Shown piece after piece: positions 1 through 4,557 of a DNA stretch of 4,557 bases (the first letter of the stretch is position 1; every line of letters begins with the position of its first letter). The notes beneath the pieces are model-generated. The model had not been told where the DNA came from. It did not search any database and saw only the letters and a program-made list of their open reading frames with translations. A program made the position numbers and the translations under genes. This DNA is from a virus (Duplodnaviria; Heunggongvirae; Uroviricota; Caudoviricetes): IMG/VR virus record IMGVR_UViG_2706794683_000010, one strand, 5' to 3'.

Positions 1-107
1 GGCTGGGACGGAAGTCGCTGTCGTTCTCAAAATCGGTGGAGCTGCATGACAAAGTCATCGGGCATTATCTGAACATAAAACACTATCAATAAGTTGGAGT
101 CATTACC
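1..107 (+). repeat. Left terminal inverted repeat (IR-L), 107 bp; exact reverse complement of 4451..4557
   Basis: Base-by-base comparison of 1..107 with the reverse complement of 4451..4557 shows 107/107 identity; identity ends abruptly at 108 (c) versus the complement of 4450 (t). GC-richer outer part (1..~60), AT-rich inner part (~61..107). Confidence 0.97.
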
Positions 108-489
108 CGTTAAAACATCTGCAGATAATGACGTTGACTTGGATACAGATGGATTCAGACAACTGAGGATATCGTGCCCATCCCCTTCTGCCAGCGGTGC
201 GATTATATTGAGAAAAGCTTCTTATGAATTCGGCAAAAGTATAGGTGTATTTGATTTTGCAAACAATGCATCACCAGCGACGATGACATTTTTGATCCCA
301 ATATATAAAGATGATGATTTTGATTCAGATACTGTTGGTTTTACATTTGCGTTCAAGATGCCAAGAGGCCAGTTTTTTGTAGATGTAAAAGAAAACGGGA
401 ATATCAGAGCTGGAGTTAATGTTAATGGCGAGTCGGGAGTGACCTACGAAAATTGCAAATTGAATATGAAAGATATTAATGATGATTAA
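94..489 (+). CDS. Hypothetical acidic protein, 131 aa, AT-rich moron-like ORF; start uncertain (TTG at 94 inside IR-L, weak SD; first in-frame ATG is at 283)
   Basis: A 396-nt open frame in about 38% GC DNA (my count for 101..489: 146 G+C of 389), where stop codons would normally be frequent. TAA stop at 487..489 is followed 8 nt later by a canonical intrinsic terminator. No signal peptide or hydrophobic segment is apparent by eye. I do not recognise the family. Confidence 0.5.
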   Translation: MESLPVKTSADNDVDLDTDGFRQLRISCPSPSASGAIILRKASYEFGKSIGVFDFANNASPATMTFLIPIYKDDDFDSDTVGFTFAFKMPRGQFFVDVKENGNIRAGVNVNGESGVTYENCKLNMKDINDD

Positions 490-496
490 TATATAA

Positions 497-521
497 GCCG
501 CCAGAAATTGGCGGTTTTTTT
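497..521 (+). terminator. Rho-independent terminator: G-C rich stem (498..503 CCGCCA paired with 509..514 TGGCGG), 5-nt loop GAAAT, then T7 tract 515..521
   Basis: Directly read from sequence: gCCGCCAgaaatTGGCGGttttttt. Lies 8 nt after the stop of the 94..489 ORF and 15 nt before the start codon of the next gene. Confidence 0.8.
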
Positions 522-535
522 ATAGTGGAGACAGT

Positions 536-1927
536 ATGGACTTACCTTCTTTACCTTCTCTTTCTTCACTCTTTTCTGCATCTTCAGGTATCAATTGGCG
601 CGATAATCTTTACGACGCTTCATTTCGTGGCGTTCCGTTTTCGGTGGAGAGCGACGAGGGTTCGTTCGGACGCCGCGTTCAGGTCCATGAATACCCAAAC
701 CGTGACAAACCGTACACGGAAGATCTCGGGCGTGCCACGCGACGGCTGACGATTAATGCGTATCTCGTTGGTGATGATTACGCAGAGCAGCGCGACAGGC
801 TGATTACAGCGATTGAAACCGCCGGGCCGGGGACGCTGATCCATCCGCAGTTCGGTGAAATGCAGGGCTGTATTGACGGGCAGGTGACCGTTTCTCACTC
901 CGGCACTGAAGGCCGTATGTGCCGGGTTTCATTTCAGTTTGTTGAGAGCGGGGAACTGTCATTTCCGGTCGCCGGAGCTGCAACCGCCAGAAAACTGGAG
1001 GAGTCGTCCGTATTCCTGGATGAGTTGATTGAAGACATGTTCGGCGATTTTGATCTCGCGGGAATACCGGACTTTATTCAGAACGATGTTATTGCCCGGA
1101 CGACCGATATGCTGGGAACCGTTCAGACAGCTTTCAAAATGGTTAATTCGGCTGTTTCTGCCGGAGCGAGACTACTGCAGGGCGATTTATCCGTCATTCT
1201 GATGCCGCCGTCGGTTGCCAGTGATTTTGTGCATACGTTGCAGGATACCTGGCGGGCCGGAACCCGGCTGGTGGATAACACACAGGATCTGGTGCAGTCC
1301 ATAACGACAATGTCCGGCATTACGCTGGACCCAGGACTGGCACCGCGTGCGGTGTGGCCCACAGATTCCGCATCGGTTATCAGGCAAAAACAGCAGACAA
1401 ACCTTGTGGCTGCTGTCATCCGGACGACGGCAATCAGCGAAGCCACAAGGGCGGTCACTTCACTGCCACAACCCGGAAGCCTGGTGAAAAATCAGCAGGC
1501 GGTTGTGGCTGTTGGTGGTTCCACTGAACGTCAGTCCGATATTATTCACGTTTCTCATCCGGCACTTGACAGCGTGGCAGCCAGCACAGGACAGGATGAG
1601 AGAGCGCAACCACCCACGCGGGAAAATCTCACCATCATACGCAAATCGCTGAACGCGGCGATTGAACAGGAGCTCAGGCGTACGGCGGATGACAGGCTGT
1701 TTTTTCAGCTGACGTCATTACGTACAGAACTGAACCGGGATATTCAGGCGCGTCTGGTTCAGACGGAGGAAACCGCAGAGCGAACGCCAGCGGAAGTTCT
1801 GCCTGCGCTTGTTCTGGCTGCGTCATGGTACGACGATGCGTCCCGTGAAACTGATATCCTGGATCGAAATGCCATCTCTCATCCGGGCTTTGTTCCGGTC
1901 AGGGCATTAAGGGTACCCGTCAGATGA
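536..1927 (+). CDS. Phage Mu gp43 (N)-like DNA circulation protein, 463 aa
   Basis: ATG at 536 with GGAG Shine-Dalgarno at 527..530 (5-nt spacing). The N-terminal region WRDNLYDASFRGVPFSVE...FGRRVQVHEYPNRDKPYTEDLGRATRRLTINAYLVGDDY matches my memory of the DNA circulation protein N-terminal domain of Mu N-like proteins. Stop TGA at 1925..1927 overlaps the next start (ATGA). Confidence 0.85.
   Translation: MDLPSLPSLSSLFSASSGINWRDNLYDASFRGVPFSVESDEGSFGRRVQVHEYPNRDKPYTEDLGRATRRLTINAYLVGDDYAEQRDRLITAIETAGPGTLIHPQFGEMQGCIDGQVTVSHSGTEGRMCRVSFQFVESGELSFPVAGAATARKLEESSVFLDELIEDMFGDFDLAGIPDFIQNDVIARTTDMLGTVQTAFKMVNSAVSAGARLLQGDLSVILMPPSVASDFVHTLQDTWRAGTRLVDNTQDLVQSITTMSGITLDPGLAPRAVWPTDSASVIRQKQQTNLVAAVIRTTAISEATRAVTSLPQPGSLVKNQQAVVAVGGSTERQSDIIHVSHPALDSVAASTGQDERAQPPTRENLTIIRKSLNAAIEQELRRTADDRLFFQLTSLRTELNRDIQARLVQTEETAERTPAEVLPALVLAASWYDDASRETDILDRNAISHPGFVPVRALRVPVR
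542..559 (+). repeat. Perfect 9-bp tandem direct repeat (ttaccttct x2) inside a 45-nt polypyrimidine tract (541..585) at the 5' end of the N-like CDS
   Basis: 542..550 and 551..559 are both ttaccttct and encode LPS-LPS. In 541..585 I count 40 pyrimidines of 45 nt on the + strand. Confidence 0.7.
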
Positions 1928-3006
1928 ATGATACCGTTTTACTTCGGGTTTCCGGTCGCGAATGGGGCGGCTGGACATCCGTCCGTATCAGTGCGGGCAT
2001 TAACCGTATTGCCCGGGATTTTAATGTTGCCATTACCACCCGCTGGCCCGGAAGCCGGGATTATCAACCCCGGATAAAAAATGGTGAGCTGGTTGAAGTG
2101 CTTATCGGGGATGAGCCTGTGCTCACCGGATATGTGGAGGCACTACCGCTTCGTTATGACGCCAGCAGCGTCAGCATGGGAATTGTCGGGCGAAGCAAAA
2201 CAGCCGATCTGGTTGACTGCTCTGCTTTGCCACTCCAGCAGAGCGGAAAAAACCTGCTCAGAATAGTCAGTGAACTGGCTGCGCCATTTGGCATCACCGT
2301 TGTTGATGCTGGCGTGCCGCAGACAGCGGTGATTGATGCCCAGCCGGAACACGGCGAAACCGTTGCCGATTGTCTTAACCGGTTACTGGGGCAGGTTCAG
2401 ACGCTGGCTTATGACGATGAATGCGGGCGACTGGTTCTGGGAAAACCCGGAACAGGTAAAGCGGCGACGGCGCTGGTGCTGGTGCTGGGAGAGAATATTC
2501 TTTCCTGTGACACGGAAAGAAGCATCAGAGAGCGGTTTTCTGAATATCAGGTCAGTGGGCAGCGCCCGGGCAACGACGATGATTTTGGTGAGGCCACCAT
2601 TGCCGCAATACGTCAGACCATTCAGGACAGTGGCGTGACCCGTTATCGCCCTTTGTTGATTCAGCAGTCAGGCACAGCAACGACAGCAACCTGTAAGGCC
2701 CGTTGTGAATTTGAAGCGCGCCAACGGGCTGCGCTTACCCGTGAGACAACATATACGGTTCAGGGCTGGCGGCAGGGCAGTGGCGCGTTATGGCGTCCGG
2801 GGTTATCTGTCATCGTTTTCGACCCGCTGAATAATTTTGATAATGATGAACTGGTGATCGCAGAAGTTACCTATAACCAGGACGACCGGGGCACGACGAC
2901 TGAATTACGGGTTGGCCCGGCAGATGCTTATCTCCCCGAGCCTGTTACCGCCAGGAAGAAAAAAATGTTGAGGAGGATTTCTGATGAACGGGTTTTCTCT
3001 TCGTAA
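1924..3006 (+). CDS. Phage Mu gp44 (P)-like baseplate hub / tail protein (P2 gpD-like late control D family), 360 aa
   Basis: ATG at 1924 overlaps the upstream stop by 4 nt (translational coupling). Size and position immediately after the N-like gene fit the Mu order N-P-Q. The N-terminal sequence resembles Mu P-like tail proteins from memory. Stop TAA at 3004..3006. Confidence 0.85.
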   Translation: MNDTVLLRVSGREWGGWTSVRISAGINRIARDFNVAITTRWPGSRDYQPRIKNGELVEVLIGDEPVLTGYVEALPLRYDASSVSMGIVGRSKTADLVDCSALPLQQSGKNLLRIVSELAAPFGITVVDAGVPQTAVIDAQPEHGETVADCLNRLLGQVQTLAYDDECGRLVLGKPGTGKAATALVLVLGENILSCDTERSIRERFSEYQVSGQRPGNDDDFGEATIAAIRQTIQDSGVTRYRPLLIQQSGTATTATCKARCEFEARQRAALTRETTYTVQGWRQGSGALWRPGLSVIVFDPLNNFDNDELVIAEVTYNQDDRGTTTELRVGPADAYLPEPVTARKKKMLRRISDERVFSS

Positions 3007-3448
3007 TCTGATTTCCCGGGCTGTCATCACGGCGGTGGATTCCGCCAGAAAGTGTCAGTCTGTAGGGTTGAAAATGATAGCCGGAGATCAGAAACAACAC
3101 GTTGAGCACCTTGAACCTTATGGTTTTACATCTGCCGCACAGAACGGTGCTGAGGGCGTTGCTTTATTTCCGGCGGGCGATCGTTCTCATGGTGTGGTTG
3201 TGGTCGTGGCTGACAGACGTTACCGGCTGAAAGGACTGAAACGTGGGGAAGTGGCGCTTTATGACGATCTGGGACAGTCCGTTGTCCTGACCCGTTCCGG
3301 TATTGTGGTGGACGGGGCCGGGAAGGCCATAATTTTTAAAAACGCGCCTAAAGCGCGCTTTGAAATGCCAGTCGAATCCACCGCCGATATTACTGACAAT
3401 TGCGACAGTGGCGGGATCACTGACACGCCGGATCAACCGATGGGCTGA
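2984..3448 (+). CDS. Phage Mu gp45 (Q)-like baseplate spike / baseplate assembly protein V family, 154 aa
   Basis: ATG at 2984 preceded by AGGAGG at 2971..2976 (7-nt spacing); overlaps the upstream gene by 23 nt. The region GVALFPAGDRSHGVVVVVADRRYRLKGLKRGEVALYDD resembles the OB-fold N-terminal domain of gpV-type spike proteins from memory. Stop TGA at 3446..3448. Confidence 0.8.
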   Translation: MNGFSLRNLISRAVITAVDSARKCQSVGLKMIAGDQKQHVEHLEPYGFTSAAQNGAEGVALFPAGDRSHGVVVVVADRRYRLKGLKRGEVALYDDLGQSVVLTRSGIVVDGAGKAIIFKNAPKARFEMPVESTADITDNCDSGGITDTPDQPMG

Positions 3449-3453
3449 AAATC

Positions 3454-3864
3454 ATGATGATTAATGTTAACGGGCGACCCGTGTCGACCGGGGCTTCGAT
3501 CGACCTTCTGACGCGTGCTGTGATTATTTCGCTTTTTACATGGCGGCGTGCCGGGCGTGATGATGCACCACGGATATTTGGATGGTGGGGGGATACCTGG
3601 CCTGCGGTTCAGAATGATCGCACGGGGTCGCGTTTGTATCTGTTGCGACGCAGCAAGCTGACAAATAAAACCCCGCAGCTTGCCAGAGATTATGTCCGTG
3701 AGGCGCTGGCGTGGATGGTGGAGGATGGTGTTGCTTCCCGTCTTGATATTAACGCTGTCCGGACCGGGACAGACTCGCTGGCACTTGCCATTACCATTTA
3801 CCAGCGTGACGGCAATATTCACAACATTATTTTTGATGATATCTGGAGTGAACTGAATGGCTGA
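3454..3864 (+). CDS. Phage Mu gp46-family baseplate protein, 136 aa
   Basis: ATG at 3454 (ATGATG; weak SD), 5 nt after the upstream stop. Size and synteny match the small gene between Q and the Baseplate_J gene in Mu-like tail modules. Stop TGA at 3862..3864 overlaps the next start by 8 nt. Confidence 0.75.
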   Translation: MMINVNGRPVSTGASIDLLTRAVIISLFTWRRAGRDDAPRIFGWWGDTWPAVQNDRTGSRLYLLRRSKLTNKTPQLARDYVREALAWMVEDGVASRLDINAVRTGTDSLALAITIYQRDGNIHNIIFDDIWSELNG

Positions 3865-4531
3865 CAGTCAGTTTTATCGCCCCGGCCTCCCGCAACTTAT
3901 TTCTATGATCCGGAGCGATTTATTAACCCGCTTTGAGCAGGATACGCTGCTTCGTCGTATGGATGCGGAAGTGTATGCCCGTGTACAGGCTGCAGCCGTA
4001 CACACGTTGTACGGGTATATCGATTATCTTGCCAGAAATCTGTTACCGGACGTGTGTGATGAAGACTGGCTGTACCGGCACGCCAGAATCAAACGCTGCC
4101 CGCGAAAAGAAGCGGTGGCAGCCCGGGGATTTGTGCGCTGGGATGGCGTAGAGGGGACGCCGGTATTGCCAGCGGGAACGCAGATCCAGCGTGATAATCA
4201 GGTGACCTTTACCACGACGGCGACGGTGACCGCAGCCGATGGTCTTCTCCGGGTGCCTGTTGTGGCAGACGAACCGGGATCGGCGGGGAATACGGATGAT
4301 GGTATTGCCATGCAACTGGGAACACCCGTCAGTGGTCTGCCGTCCACAGGGTACGCTGACACCATTACAGACGGTGAAGATATTGAAAATCTGGAAATAT
4401 GGCGTGCCCGCGTTATGGAACGTTATTACTACATTCCACAGGGGGGCGCAGGTAATGACTCCAACTTATTGATAGTGTTTTATGTTCAGATAATGCCCGA
4501 TGACTTTGTCATGCAGCTCCACCGATTTTGA
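3857..4531 (+). CDS. Baseplate_J-like protein (Mu gp47 / P2 gpJ family), 3'-truncated: family-like sequence for about 198 codons (3857..4450), then 26 repeat-encoded codons and a TGA stop inside IR-R; probable pseudogene or fusion
   Basis: ATG at 3857 overlapping the upstream gene. Synteny after the gp46-like gene; N-terminal region with conserved-looking aromatic and charged residues (YARVQAAAVHTLYGYIDYLARN, FVRWDG). The ORF crosses the IR boundary at 4450/4451 and terminates at 4529..4531. Its length (224 aa) is below what I recall for this family (roughly 300 aa or more, from memory). Confidence 0.7.
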   Translation: MADSQFYRPGLPQLISMIRSDLLTRFEQDTLLRRMDAEVYARVQAAAVHTLYGYIDYLARNLLPDVCDEDWLYRHARIKRCPRKEAVAARGFVRWDGVEGTPVLPAGTQIQRDNQVTFTTTATVTAADGLLRVPVVADEPGSAGNTDDGIAMQLGTPVSGLPSTGYADTITDGEDIENLEIWRARVMERYYYIPQGGAGNDSNLLIVFYVQIMPDDFVMQLHRF

Positions 4532-4557
4532 GAACGACAGCGACTTCCGTCCCAGCC
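4451..4557 (-). repeat. Right terminal inverted repeat (IR-R), 107 bp; exact reverse complement of 1..107
   Basis: Same comparison as IR-L. The junction at 4450/4451 lies inside the Baseplate_J-like ORF, immediately after a G6 run (4441..4446). Confidence 0.97.

Noticed and set aside
61-107. Possible Gin/Hin/Cin-type crossover site (TTATC...GATAA 26-bp dyad) in the repeat
   Set aside because: The stretch ttatctgaacataaaacactatcaataa begins with TTATC but is not dyad-symmetric and lacks the GATAA half-site, so I cannot support calling it a hix/gix-like site.
525-749. ORF 525..749 (+) starting 11 nt upstream of the N-like gene
   Set aside because: Out of frame with the N-like gene and lacks an SD, whereas the ATG at 536 has GGAG at the correct spacing.
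620-1458. Minus-strand ORFs 620..898, 1123..1458 and 1187..1387
   Set aside because: Fully embedded antisense within the long N-like + strand gene in about 55% GC DNA, where spurious open frames are common. No SD or family resemblance.
2081-2638. ORFs 2081..2266 (+), 2143..2352 (-) and 2333..2638 (+)
   Set aside because: Alternative-frame or antisense ORFs inside the P-like gene. The translations are low-complexity (for example RRRRWCWCW) and lack start signals.
2951-2976. A7 run (2959..2965) just upstream of the Q-like start as a programmed frameshift site
   Set aside because: It encodes KKK near the C-terminus of the P-like protein. The downstream gene has its own strong SD and ATG, and known tail-gene frameshifts occur in the tail-chaperone genes upstream of the tape measure, not here.
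3164-4472. ORFs 3164..3436 (-), 3433..3822 (-), 3933..4151 (+), 4043..4315 (-) and 4239..4472 (+)
   Set aside because: Embedded in or antisense to the Q-like, gp46-like and gp47-like genes. Products are Arg/Cys/His-rich, as expected from out-of-frame reading of GC-rich coding DNA.
1-4557. Insertion sequence or composite transposon bounded by terminal inverted repeats
   Set aside because: No transposase ORF in any frame. The 107-bp perfect repeats do not resemble IS ends I know. The cargo is phage structural genes, one of which is cut by the repeat.
1-4557. Identity with the phage Mu G segment or P1 C segment
   Set aside because: Those segments carry tail-fibre variable regions (S/U and S'/U') between short repeats. 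Here the interior holds baseplate genes and an unrelated AT-rich ORF, so only the general architecture is analogous.
1-4557. CRISPR arrays, tRNA or rRNA genes, integrase or att sites
   Set aside because: No spaced direct repeats, no cloverleaf-compatible or rRNA-like segments, and no recombinase ORF; almost all of 536..4531 is occupied by protein-coding sequence on one strand.

Overview
The window is a 4557-bp segment bounded by a perfect 107-bp inverted repeat (1..107 is the exact reverse complement of 4451..4557). Between the repeats lie two compositionally distinct modules. The first is an AT-rich (about 38% GC by my count) 131-codon ORF of unknown function, starting at a TTG inside the left repeat and ending at a strong intrinsic terminator. 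The second is a tightly packed, same-strand block of five genes at about 55% GC that I recognise from memory as a Mu-like myovirus baseplate cluster: N-like DNA circulation protein, P-like baseplate hub, Q-like spike, gp46-family protein, and a Baseplate_J-like gene whose 3' end runs into the right repeat. No rRNA, tRNA, CRISPR array, transposase or recombinase gene is visible. The main finding is the repeat-bounded architecture itself: it resembles phage invertible segments (Mu G, P1 C, e14 P) but is atypical in repeat length, cargo and lack of a recognisable crossover site, so it is either a new kind of invertible or rearranged prophage segment or a foldback artefact. Flanking sequence, which I cannot see, is needed to decide. 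All protein-family calls are recognition from memory and were not computed.
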